A stretch of DNA of 64,000 bases from the human T2T-CHM13v2.0 reference genome, Homo sapiens. The stretch is from NCBI RefSeq assembly GCF_009914755.1, contig NC_060937.1; one strand, given 5' to 3'. The notes below the pieces were generated by a model. It searched no databases. It had not been told where the DNA came from and saw nothing but the letters and a program-made list of their open reading frames with translations. A program made the position numbers and the translations under genes. Positions within the stretch are counted from its first letter, which is position 1. Every line of letters starts with the position of its first letter. Positions 1 through 12,983 of this stretch are shown here, one piece after another.

Positions 1-301
<301 letters not shown>

Positions 302-1269
302 AGAATTTCTAATTCATCACATAAATGAACAATTTTATTGGTTACCTAGATGTTACTTATGTTGTTTTATGCAACGAATTTTGAACAGAAAATTGGATCA
401 TATTAATAATAATAGTAAGAATAGACATCTCTGTATTTCCTAAGTCATCTGATCTATAAAAATGCCAACCCCTTCACATGCTCTAAAGTATGCTTATGAT
501 TTCTCATACCAGCAGCCAACGTGGCATAATAAAAGAGCGTGCTTGGTCAGTATTATTGTTTTATCATGGTCTATCTCCATGTGGTAAGGTGTCCTGAGAA
601 GGCTGTAAACACACTGAAGCGTGTTGTCTTCTGTGTCTGTCTAGGTCTAATCAATAACAATAGGTATTTATGATTTCCATTTGACAAATGTTTATCAAAG
701 GCCAGGAAACACTGCTGAAAACGACTAACTTGATCCTGCTGTTATGGCATTTTAATCTTGGATTAATTATTACTACGTACCCAAACTTCATTTTACTCAA
801 CACCCATATTCATTTAGTAAACAAGCTGAGGGGTGCCAACTTTATGGTAAGCACCGTGGTACTGTTTATAAATACAAAGTGAACAAGACAGACCAATTAG
901 TACCCTTATTGATATGTGAAATTTTGGTAAACGAATGCAACTGTTTTAGTTTGTACTTGAATTTTATTGTAGCTGCTGCCTAGCCACATGCTTATGAATG
1001 GCAGAGCACTACTTAAAAATAGCTGTTCTTAAAATCAATGACTCATTGCCCTGTGCTAGACATTTAATTTTCTCTTTTCTTGGAAAAAGCTTTTTCTCAG
1101 GAGTATTCCCCAGCCACCCTTCATTCAAAACCTTGGAAAAGACACTGCACTAACTCTATGATATCCCTGAAAGCCATGTGAGCAAGATCACATTTGTGTA
1201 TAAAGCCCCCCAGAAAACAAATAATATGCAGAAATATAGACAAGAATTATTTTTGACCTTCTAGTTAAT

Positions 1270-1450
1270 ATATCTGCCATTTATTCTGTGTCAATATGAG
1301 CCAAGCATGATTGGTCAATTTATATTTATTATTTCAAATTTTCATAACCTTGCTGCAAGGTATATATAATTATCTCAGAGATGTTAAGTGATGTGTCCCA
1401 TGGAGATTGCTCACACTCTTAAAAGTAGAATTTGCATGTAGGTACTTGTC
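1270..1450 (-). mobile_element. MIR fragment (degraded)
   Basis: MIR core-like text: cataaccttgctgcaaggta...ctcagagatgttaagtgatgtgtccc. Confidence 0.5.
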
Positions 1451-2564
1451 ATTCTTCCATGCTCTGCTGCTTCTGTGTGTATGATGGTGTATTAAGTTTC
1501 GGAGCTTATGAGAAGAAACACTAATGGAATCAGGAAGAATGCAGTCATTTATTTAAATATTCTACAAATTGATAAAAACATATGTTTTTAAAATGATTTT
1601 GAATACAACAGAGTCTTTCCATTTTAACTTGATTTTTGGTATTGCAAATATTTAAGCAGTGCTTAAACAGTCTCTAACTGAATCCAAATGATGTTATTAT
1701 AATTGCTGTATGAATGGAACAAAATGCTTTAACTCCTCCCAGGAGAACATTGTATTTGTCTCTTCCACACTCTCTTTGGAGGAATAGATTGATTTAGGCA
1801 AATACATTACAGGAGTAAAGACCTTTTTAAAGATTGCCTCCTAATCTCTACTCCACTCCATTCTAGCTCTATTATATCATGTCTCTCTGAGTATAAACAT
1901 ATACTTTCAGTACAAGTTACTATTCGGTCCACAATTTTCAGAAAATTGTGGTTGTTAAATATCTTCACACAGGCCTATTGCTATGTATGTCAAGAGTACG
2001 GTTATTCAAGGTAAGTGATTTTGATGCATTTGAGTCTCTGTACCTGAATGTTGTACATTTGCGAACATTGTCATCTGAATGATTTTGCAACAGTAAAACA
2101 CCATTATACTGTAGGTCTTCCTGTCCCCTGCTGTGTGTTCCATCTGTTCAGCCTTTTGTTATTGTTTTTATGTTTTAAATGATACCAATAGCCTTTAACT
2201 TCTTTTATTGAAATTTTGAATGAAGAGATTAAATATATACACACACACTAAGAACATTTACATTACCCTGACCTTCTAGTTCATCACGATATAAAGTAGG
2301 TATTATGAGGTATTGCTATCTCATCTAATTTTCAAAGTCAAAAGTAATATCTCATAGGATATTTGGTGCACTACATAATAGGAAGAGCCACCAATCTAGT
2401 AACTCACTAATATTAAGTCTTTATAAACCTGTGGGACACTGAAGGCTAGAAAATTGAAAATCAGAAGAAAACTCCACTAAATGCTGCAGTTGACTTGTTC
2501 CTCTGATTTCTGCTAAATTCTTTAGATCCTGCTAAGGGGAAAAAATGCTTCAGTAAAATACTTG

Positions 2565-4330
2565 CATAATTTATTCAACATCCATTTCATAGATTTTTAC
2601 TTGGTGTGTATTATATGGCAGAAATGATGCTGGGGAAGGAATGATGAAAATAAAGTCAAGGTTGCTAGTTACATGGAATTCATAGCTGGTAAGGGTATAT
2701 ACATATTCAACAGACAATTTCATAAATTTGTATTTCATTACAATTGATCTGATGAACATGAAGAAAAAGTAAAATACAGTAAGAGATTATAATGGAGAAT
2801 ATCGCCAAATTGCCTTGGGAGTCAGGGATAGATTTCCAGAATGGCAGGACTTAATCTCAGACCTGCAAGGTGCATAGAAACTTTCAAGGTTAAAAGGGAT
2901 AGTGAAAGCCTTTTGACAAAATGATATGTATGGCTATGTTCTCAGGAGAGAAGGTGAATGCTCATTTAAGCAAAGAAATGGAGACCAAAGTGGCAACAAT
3001 TAGATTTGTAAGAGTTGATTAAGATAAAGTTTATGAGCTAGGCAGTGATGAACGCTATCGCCTTTTTCAGCCAGATGAAAGACTTTGAATCTCATCTTAA
3101 AACCAGTGGGAACTGAAAACATATTAAGGGGAGAACCGGCATAATTACATTGGCAGGATTTTTCTTTCCTGAAGATCGTTCTAGCATCTCTATGAACAGT
3201 AGGTTAGAAGAAAGTCAGAGAAGATGTTTGGAGACAAACTTAGAAGCCACTGTACTCATATGTACAGCATTGTCATTGGCTTGGCCTGGAGTGATTACAG
3301 TGGAAAGGAAGAGAAGGAGACAGAATTGATAAATAATCACATATAGAAAGAGTGAGATTCAGTGATTTATTAGATATAGGAAGGAAGTAGTTATGGAGGA
3401 CAACTCTTGAGTAATGAGGCTATCAATGGAGAAAGGAAACATTGGAGAAAGGATGGTTGAGGAGGGAAAGGGGAAGAAAAGTATGACCAAGTTTTCGAAT
3501 TGGACGGATTGTGTGTGAGATGCTTAAGTATTGCACAAGTGCAGATGCTGGATAGGCAGTCAGATATATGTGCATGGAACTTGGTAATATGGCCCCAGCT
3601 GGAGTTATAAATTTGGAGCTTGTCAACATATATATGATTTTTTTTATTCCATGGGATATTATGAGACTTTCTACAAGAATGGTATAGTTTGAGAATCAAA
3701 AAGTGTGTAGGACAAAACCCTGAGGAAATTTTGTATTTAAAGTTTCAACAGAAATGGAGAATCCAGGAAGGGTAACCAATAAGGATAAGAGGGGTATAAA
3801 TAAACAATGAAAATTACAGTAACCCAGAGAGTAAACTGTTTCATGGTAGAGGAAGCAGTCAACAGAATCCAGTTCTTTCCTCAGTATGATTGAAGACATT
3901 GATGACTGAAGCAAAAGAATTCACATCGATCTTATTGACTCAGGAATAAGTTGAGTTGTGGAGTATATGGAAGGAGAAGAAGTGGAGAATCATAGCTAAA
4001 AGGAGAACATGGACTGTGGAAGGAATTTTTTTACGAAAAGTACTAAATTATGTTTAAATGATAACTAGAAGGATGCACCAAAGTGGGAAAGTTTGAAGAT
4101 ACAAGGAAGCACAGGGCACATTTGATAGCATATACAGTTCTTGAGAAGGGAGCAAAGAAGAGATGAAATTGCATATGGATGAATAGAAAAGTACTTTGGG
4201 ACGGAGTATGTTTTCTGAAAAAGACACTTCCGCTGGGTAAATAGGAGGGGAAGTTGCTAAAAATAGATATACTGATGATGACAGATTTAGATACTTAACA
4301 TTTCAGAGTTTTCTAATATGTATTTTTCTC
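2565..4330 (-). mobile_element. L2 LINE remnant, long 3' portion
   Basis: Begins with an antisense L2 3'-end motif (atttattcaacatccattt). Continues with purine-rich L2 text (gatgctggataggcagtcagatatatg, ggagttataaatttggag, ggacaaaaccctgagga). Ends approximate. Confidence 0.7.
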
Positions 4331-4828
4331 AATACAAGCATAATCATTTTTAGTATGATTGGACCATAAGTAACATGGGTGGTGGTAAAGGGAAAGATGA
4401 TGCTTATAATGTAGGAATATGGAGTGCAAATTAAAGAAATTTATGTGAGGAGAGAATACTGATAAAATTTATGTTTCAGAACATAAATTTTATGTTAACT
4501 CTGGCTGTGACAGAGGAAATGGATTACAGATGGTAAATCTGGAAGTAAAACAAACTGAAAAAATTGTTTTTCATAGAGATTTTTGCTGATGTCCTTATTT
4601 TTGCTCACCCTTCCCCCACAAACTGCCCTCTCCCCAAACACATACACACACATACACAACACAGAGCCATCTGCCACTCCTTCTCATTTGCCAAGAAGAA
4701 GTATGCCTGCTTTGGCTAGGATAAAGCATTGTTTCATTGTCTGAGTGATAGTCACGTTAATAATGGTTTTCCTAATGTCTCTTCTTGCTACTGTGAAGGC
4801 AGACTATGCTGGTTGGCTGGACCCTTAA

Positions 4829-5177
<349 letters not shown>

Positions 5178-5651
5178 CATTCAACAATATTTTATCAGAT
5201 GCCCTATTTGCTCTGTACCAGACACTGAGATTAACCATGGGCACAAAGTGGTAGCCAAAAATGAAAAGATTATTTAAACCATTCTGCCTTCAAGAAATAG
5301 ACATGGTCCTACCTCAAAACACATGGAATACCATTCCTAATCATTTAAATTATTCCTTTTGAATTTCATTCCATGTACATTAGGTTATAAACATATAGTA
5401 GAAAATCCATGACTTTTTAAGAGTGCAAGAAATGGAGTAGCATACATATATTTATATTATGGGTGAGCATGAGCCCCTCTACATCCTCGGCTTCAAGGCA
5501 CCAAAAGTAAAACTTCAGAATTATCCCATTTATTTTGGACTTTGGTGAAGTGGAGCATAGAATACCTATTCCCAACACCAATACACAAAAAATTTCTAGC
5601 CATGCAGCTCTATTTTTATATATCCATGGTAACCTATTTTTCTTTCTTTGT

Positions 5652-5687
5652 TTCTTCTTCTTCTTCTTTTTTTTTTTTTTTTTTTTT
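5652..5687. repeat. (TTC)n plus poly-T simple repeat
   Basis: ttcttcttcttcttc followed by a T-run of about 20. Confidence 0.9.
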
Positions 5688-6559
5688 GGCTGCTAAGTGG
5701 ATGTTGCTAAGCAGTTTACATTGCTGTACTGGGTAATTATATCAAAACTGTTACATTTCTTGCAGATTCTCATTTTATTATATACAAATTCTGTCTACTT
5801 ACTCAAAGAAACTCACCAAAAGCATTAAACTTATTTTTTCAGAAGCTAATTTTTGTCTTCTGGATTGTGTCATTTTTATCAAAATGTGTTACAGGACACT
5901 TATTATAGAAGCTAAAAAGTTTATAAATTACTGTCTGCGTATGGAAAAGCCAACTCGTATCTGTTAAAGCAAATGAATAGAAAGTATAATACAGGATGAA
6001 CTGATGGATTTTGATTAAGTTTGGTTTTTCATCTAGCCTCACAGATACCAGTAACATACAAACCTACAGAGAAATACACAATGAGAAAGAGACTCCATCC
6101 ACAATGTTTTTTCCAGGACCAGTTGATAGAGAATCTCTCGTTTGCCACAACGGCCAGGTTGTAGAGCCTTTTCTGTGCCTTGCATCTGTTATTTTTCCAG
6201 GGAAAATTCACTCCGTAACATGAAAACAGCAGTGTATCTTCTGTAGAAAGAGGTTAAGAGTGGCCCTTGGAACACTGAGAGTTTATGGAAAGTAGGTGTG
6301 AAATTCCATTTCATGAGGAAGAAAATATGTCTAATATTATTTTTCTTCTGGTAATATCTTCCACAATAAGGTGTATTAGGAAATCATAGCTGCTTTTTAA
6401 ACAAAGCAATTATTGTACAATTTTTGCTCCAAATCTCAGAACTAATTTTGGATATGCTGAAAGTATTTGGTAATTTATTTTGAGAGATTATTAGATTTAA
6501 CTTTAAGGCTATAAATTATGACAATTAATTTTGGCATATATATTTATTATTTCATTGTT

Positions 6560-6790
6560 CCAAATCAGACTATCTTGGTTTAAATACTGGGTCTGCCACT
6601 CATTAAGTTATTGACCTTGGGAATATCATATAAACTCTCTCTGTTTCCTATCTCTAAAGTGAGGCTTATGCTAGTAACCAACTTACCTATCAATCTAGGC
6701 ATTAATTTGTGCATTAATAAAGCTAATATATGTCAAAAACTTAGGTCAAGGCCAATCACATGATAAGCACATATATCTATCATCATTGTT
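6560..6790 (+). mobile_element. MIR SINE
   Basis: cagactatcttggtttaaatactgggtctgccact...tgaccttggg...ctctctctgtttcctatctctaaagtgagg matches the MIR body and core. Confidence 0.75.
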
Positions 6791-8729
6791 GTCATCATCA
6801 TATCTATGAGCTGCCTTAATCAAAGCAAACCTTATTTTTGTTATGTAGTTGTTATTATCTTAGAAAATTTATAAGGGTGAACATGGTATTTGGGTTCTGA
6901 AATTTTAGTCTATTTCCTTCTTAAATAAGATGAAAACTCCAACCAGTATAAATCCTTTTTGAATAGAAGTTTAACTAAATTGAATTCTTCCTTCACTGAA
7001 AGTAAGTTCAACTGATGTAATTCAGTTTTGAATGTCCTAATGTATTTATCTTGCTTACAGGTGGTTTACACATGACATACATCAGATTCAGGCAAAGTAA
7101 CGCAATAGTTTTATTCTTTGGCAAGACTCTAAATATACACATACTGAACAAGGGAAGTGCATTTAAAATCTAGAGACAGAATTCAGTGCTAAATAGTAAT
7201 TGAAAAAGATGTGTTGCTTGGAAACTGCAGAGATCTCTGCTTTGTTTCAAGTGAAGGGTAATACAAATCATGCTTTAAAATAGTAGAACCTTTTTAAAAT
7301 TTCAACAATGCAATTGATGAGACTTTTAATAAGCTCTGACACATAACTTAGAATAGTGCATTTCCATCATACAGATGGTTCACCAAGATAATACACAAAC
7401 ACTGATAGATTTATATTGAGGTTTGTTTGGTTACACACCTTATTAGGCTTCAGGTTATGGGTGCATAAACTGGACCCAGATTAAGGGTAATGAAATATTC
7501 CTTCTAAGAATAATCACCCTTTCAGAAAAAAAACAGCATCTAATCAGCAGTGTCATGCACCATTAAGTTTCTGTGCATGGGACTTGCTGTTTAATAGCTG
7601 TTTGGTGACATTTGCAATTGGATGCAGTTATTAAACAATGTAAGATGCTAATTTGTTACTTGGCAAAGGGAGTGGATCCTTTCACTCCCACCAAATTTCA
7701 AAATGTAGTGACCCTAAAAGTTAATGGAAATAAAGAGATCCACACATACAGCACAAAAATCACTATGCAGTGGCAACGACTACTCACACTTTGTTTGGCT
7801 GCTTGAGGTATGAAAGTCAAATCTTTGCAGACAAGTCCCCTGAATGGTGTGGCACTCACTTAATAATTTCTCCCTCCTGAAGCCTCATTATATCCAAACC
7901 TTCTCCTACAGCTCTAGAAGTTATTCCATATTGGGGAATAATTGATCTGCTCATACAGCAGTTTATGAGATCCTGCTATTTTTAAAATCTATTTCTTATC
8001 TGACTCAAAACTTAATCTGATGACTTCTTGACAAATTATAACCCTTTTATAAGCTCATAGTCAAAAGTTAGTTTCTAGCTCATTTTTAAAAGACCATTTT
8101 ATATCAAATATAATTATAATTAGTTTAATAGAGGGGAACACATTTAAGTCCTGCTGTGTGCCAGCATACTACTAACTTTATTTTTGCTTTTTAAAGTTCA
8201 CAATAAACTGGTAAACTAGACATCAATAAAATTCATTTCATTTTAATAAACTGTCAACCATTAAAACCACAAATATACCCAGAGGTCAGAGTCACTTTTG
8301 AATAGATTTTATTAACAAGAGATTTTGATACTGTTTCCCTTATTAATGCAAAAATAGAGTTATAAGTACATGTATAAGATAATGAAAAGTTTTAATTTTG
8401 GAATGAAATTGGTGTGATCCAGAGCTTAAATAAAGGTGATAATATTGCAAATGTTACAATAATTTACAATTGTAAGACAACAATCTTTAAAGAACTATCC
8501 AAAAAGAATTTTTGATACGTATACTATATAAAAAATCATGTTTAAATTATCTTCCCAATTTTTCCCATTAGAAAACATTCCTGATATTCCTTTTAATGTA
8601 TTGTAATTTTCAACATTTTGACACCTGATTGTAATTAAGAGTATAACAATAAATATTTATGTAGTGATTTCTGGCAAATAAAATGTTTTCTTATATTTTA
8701 TTTTATTTAACTTTAGCGATTGAATACAG

Positions 8730-9100
8730 GATAGACTAGGATAGACAAGGTTATTCTCAGGTAACTAATACCACACAAACCTTACTGACTCAGAGAACAA
8801 AGGCTTATTTCTTCCTCAAATTAGAAAATCTTGGGGGAGGTAGGGAAGCTCTGTTAATTGTAGTGCCTCAGAGGTCAGTCTCAGGAAGCAAATAACATCT
8901 CAGTTTTTGACGTGTCAGAGGGAAAAGAGAAGTGAGAGAAGGGTGTCTCACACCCACTATTAAACATTGCGGATTATCCATAACATTCATCACTTCTGCT
9001 GACAAATCATTGGTCAGAATTGGTTCAACCATAAGGTGACTAGGAAGACCTGTCTTTGTTCCTAGAAGGAGGAAAAACCAGAAAGAAGGGTTGACTTATT
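8730..9100 (-). mobile_element. Old MaLR LTR (MLT1K/L-like)
   Basis: ctaggatagacaaggttattctcaggtaac...aacaaaggcttatttctt...cacttctgctgacaaatcattggtcagaa is typical MLT1 text. Confidence 0.55.
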
Positions 9101-9129
9101 CTTATCACTATCACTGATAGATTCGTTCT

Positions 9130-9260
9130 TAGTATTGTCTTGCAGAAATAAGAGACAGGCTTAGAAAATTTAAGCAGCTTGTTTAAGATCACCTAGTGAT
9201 CAACAAAGTTGTAGAACCAAGTCTCACATCTATATTTGTAGACTCGCTGACCACTCAACT
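9130..9260 (-). mobile_element. MIR fragment
   Basis: cagaaataagagacaggcttagaaaatttaagcagcttgtttaagatcac, an antisense MIR core. Confidence 0.6.
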
Positions 9261-9339
9261 CACCCTATGCATGCAAGTTATGCCCCACTCCACAGATCTC
9301 GCTGTCCTCACCGCCCCCCCGCCCCAAAAAAAATATGTT

Positions 9340-10330
9340 CCAGCCTCTTTACCTTTGCACATTCCACTCACTTCTAAAATGACCTTTCTTCCTTTCTCTC
9401 ACCAAAACTTCAAGATCAATTTCATCGGCTTGGTGAAACTTGCCTATGTCTGCTAGGCAGTGTTAGTCTGTCTAATATCTGGCCTTGAATAGTACAAGAA
9501 ACTCTGCTTATCCCTGAGAAGGACTCACGGGATTGTTCTCTTATTTGTCTGTTTACAGTCCTGCCTCCACCTCTGGTGATGAGCACAACTAGAACAAGGA
9601 TTCTGCATTATTCAGCTTTATGTTTTTAGTACTTATTAATTGCTCGAGTGCATAGTGGTTGCTCAGTAAACATTTTTAGAATGTTATTTGATATTCAATA
9701 TTTAATATGCAATGGTAAATACATTTTATTACTTTTTTGGACAAATACATTCAATACATCCATTTTGTAGGCATATTCAATAAAAGTGTTAAGCATCTTC
9801 TATGTATGAAAAGGGAGAAAAAGCTCATTCCCTTGAGAGCATAGCCTTAATCAGATCCTTGATAAAGTTCAAGTCATTAAAGTCATGAAAAGCAGAGGGA
9901 AAAGGTATAGTATCCACATCGCCAGCAGAAACCCCACACCTAAGAGAACACTGCATCTTCTCAGAGGAGGGGGCACGTCAGGGGAAGCTGAAAGTGAAGG
10001 GAACTAATTTAAAATGACTGCTGAGATGGAAGCATTTTGAGCACAAAGAGAAGCACATGTGAAGGCAGGAGGTATGGGAAAATAGAGCATTTTCTGGGAA
10101 CTACAAGTAGTTGAGTATTCTTGGAGTATCAGATGTGAATGTGTGGAGTGCGGACGTGAGTAGAAGGTGGAAAAAAAAAGATAAGGCTGAGCAAATTAGT
10201 CAGGGAAAGTCCATGAGGACCTACCATGCCATCTAAGCCAGTTTAGAATTTCTCCTGCTGTGATGAGGAAACTGAAGCTCCTAGAGTTTATGTGACTTGT
10301 TTAAGGTCACAGCGTTGGCTAGTGAGGGGA
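9340..10330. mobile_element. Tail-to-tail L2 remnants followed by a MIR core
   Basis: Plus-strand L2 end (catagtggttgctcagtaaacatttttagaatg, ~9650-9685). Antisense L2 from ~9745. MIR core gatgaggaaactgaagctc at ~10262. Confidence 0.55.
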
Positions 10331-12030
10331 GAAGATGCAACCTTGCCTACAGCTTGATTTTTAACAAGTGTTTATTTCTTCTGAATATGTTGTAGTCGGA
10401 TATTAATTAACATTAAATCCTGAAATTCCAAAGAGATATAGCTAAGTTTGCTTCCCTTTTCAAGATGTGGCTGATTAACAAAATTGACAAGTCAAGGCCA
10501 CAGTAGAGACCTTTGAATTAAGGATTATCACTAGGTAGATTCCACTTGTCAGTTTATTTTTCTATCTTTTACCTCTCATAGTGAATTATATGTTTGCATC
10601 TGTGAATCAAGACCTCAATATTCCACCTAAATCTGATGTTTAAAATTTATCTAATTTTCAGACTTAAAATTATATGTCAGATCCATTGTCCAACTAAGAA
10701 TCTGCTAATGATGAAATAAACACCTGATAAACATACTGAAAAATAAAATATAGACACGCAATATAGGAGGAGGAAATACATTTCCTCAGATCTATGTATT
10801 ACTTGACACGGGAGAAAAATGTGATGTAGTAGCCTTATAATTAAATAAGAATAAAGAATAATGTGAACAGCAACTTTGTCAAGTGAAAAACATTTTTTTA
10901 GTGACATAGTAGCCTTCCCACTGGAATGCCTATGTGCGTATGGCAAATGCAAATCAATCTCTATTTTTAAAAGGAGGCATATTTCTTGAAAATATTTTCA
11001 AATAATCTATGCAAAAATAAACTAATCCTAAGGGCAAATTGCTCAAATGAAATTACTGTAATGTTATCTGGAAGTGGTCGATGTTCAGAGAATTTACAGT
11101 ACTCCTATCTACTGTATTATCAGGATGATCTGCTTGCCTTTGAAAGCTTTTGAAATTGTTTTCCTTTCTTTATCCTCGGGACATGAGGAGATGCTGGGAA
11201 GTAGTGAGATAATTGTAATGGGAATTTTTTCCCCTTCTAGGATGAGAATTCACTTTAGAAATCTCCTTCCCCTTCAGTGATAAACAGTAGCTGTTTTGAT
11301 CAAAATAATATGAATAATAAACCACAGCAGGAATCCTCCCCCCTTTTAAAATAAACTACTGCCTTCTTTTGTTATTCAGACTAGCAACTTCTCATTAGAC
11401 AGGGATGCTCATAAACTTTGAGTTAATCTTGAAGGAGACAAAACCTCCTGGTTGACTTTTTGGCAAGGTCTTCTTAACAATTAGTATTTTTCTCTTATCA
11501 GCGAGGACTGTTAAAGATTGTGTTTTTATTCCCTCTTCCAATTTTTTTTGTTTACTGAGAACAACATGTTTACGACATCATTGTATCAGCTGAGATATAA
11601 TTATTTTCAAAATTTTATTTATCTCTGCTTTATTCAATGAATTTCAAAATGCCTAATCATGTTACACGGTTTATAAAGTAGTTGATATGTTAGTTGAGTA
11701 GCAAATGTATATAATTTATAAATAGATAGTTTCACTTATATGAGTAGTGGACTCTGTTGTTGTTAACTCATTTGTTTGTGGTCAAAATTTGAAGCCCTCT
11801 GTTCTATACAACTCTAGTTCTAGAAATTAACTTTTAATATTAAAATATTTCTAGGCTTGTTTATCTCTTCCCTAATAATATTATGGATTAAGAATGCTAA
11901 TGGTATCTTAATTCACAAATGAAGTATCATCTGTTCATCCTCAGTTTCCTCTTTGCTTTGGATTTGATGCTATTCACCATTTTAATTTTTTAAAGACTAC
12001 TATTGAAAGTCTGCTACCTGAACATCAGTC

Positions 12031-12205
12031 TTTGTTTTATCTGATTAGCCTTTTCAAAGGAGGCAATCAGATATTCATCTATCTCAGTAAGCAAAGGGAT
12101 GACTTTGAATAGAGTGGGAGGCAGGTTTGCCCTAAGCAGTTCCCAGCATGGCTTTTCCCTTCAGCTTAGTGATTTTGGGACCCTAAGATTTATTTTCCTT
12201 TCACA
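12031..12205 (-). mobile_element. MER4A-family ERV1 LTR, inverted partial copy (first ~175 bp)
   Basis: The reverse complement reads tgtgaaaggaaaataaatcttaggg...gctgggaactgcttagggcaaacctgcctccc and aligns directly to 12537-12710. Confidence 0.88.
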
Positions 12206-12212
12206 ATTGTGT

Positions 12213-12530
12213 TAGGGAGGCAGAGGCTGGCGGATCACCTGAGGTCAGCTGTTCGAGAACAGCCTGGCCAACATGGTGAAACCCCATCTCTACTCATACT
12301 AATAAAAATAATTTTAAAAAAATATTAGCTGGGCATGGTGGCACGTGCCTGTAGTCCCACTTACTCAGGAAGCTGAGGCAGGAGAATCACTGGAACCTGG
12401 GAGGCAGAGGTTGCAGTGAGCCAGCCAAGATCGTGCCACTGAACTCCAGCCTAGGCAACAAAGTGAGACTCCATCTCAAAAAAAAAAAAAAAAGAAAAAG
12501 AAGAAAAAAAAGAAAGAAAAAAGAAAAGGT
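12213..12530 (+). mobile_element. Alu SINE, AluS, 5'-truncated by ~35 nt
   Basis: Starts at gggaggcagaggctggcggatcacctgaggtcag, lacks the ggccgggcgcggtggctcac head, and has a long A/GAAA tail. Confidence 0.93.
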
Positions 12531-12536
12531 AAAAAA

Positions 12537-12983
12537 TGTGAAAGGAAAATAAATCTTAGGGCTCCCAAATTGCTAAGCTAAAGGGAAATGCCAAGCTGGG
12601 AACTGCTTAGGGCAAACCTGCCTCCCATTCTATTTAGTCATCCCTCTACTCATCAGATAGATGAATATCTGATTACCTCCTTTGGAAAGACTAATCAGAT
12701 ACTCAAAAGAATGCAACCTTTTGTCTCTCACCTATGTGTGATCTGGAAGCCCCTCCCTAATTTGAGTTGTCCTGCCTTTCTGGACGGAACCAATGTATAT
12801 CTTACATATATTGATGGATAACTAATATCTCCCTAAAATGTATAAAACTAAGCTGTGCCCTGACCACCTTGGGCACATGTCATCAGGATCTCCTGAGGCT
12901 GTGTCATGGGTGTGCATCCTCAATCTTGGCAAAATAAACTTTCTAAATTAACCAAGGACTGTTTCAGATAATTGGGGTTCACA
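12537..12983 (+). mobile_element. MER4A-family ERV1 solo LTR (full length)
   Basis: TG...CA termini (tgtgaaagg...ggggttcaca), internal tataaaac and aataaa signals, and recognisable MER4A text. Confidence 0.85.
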
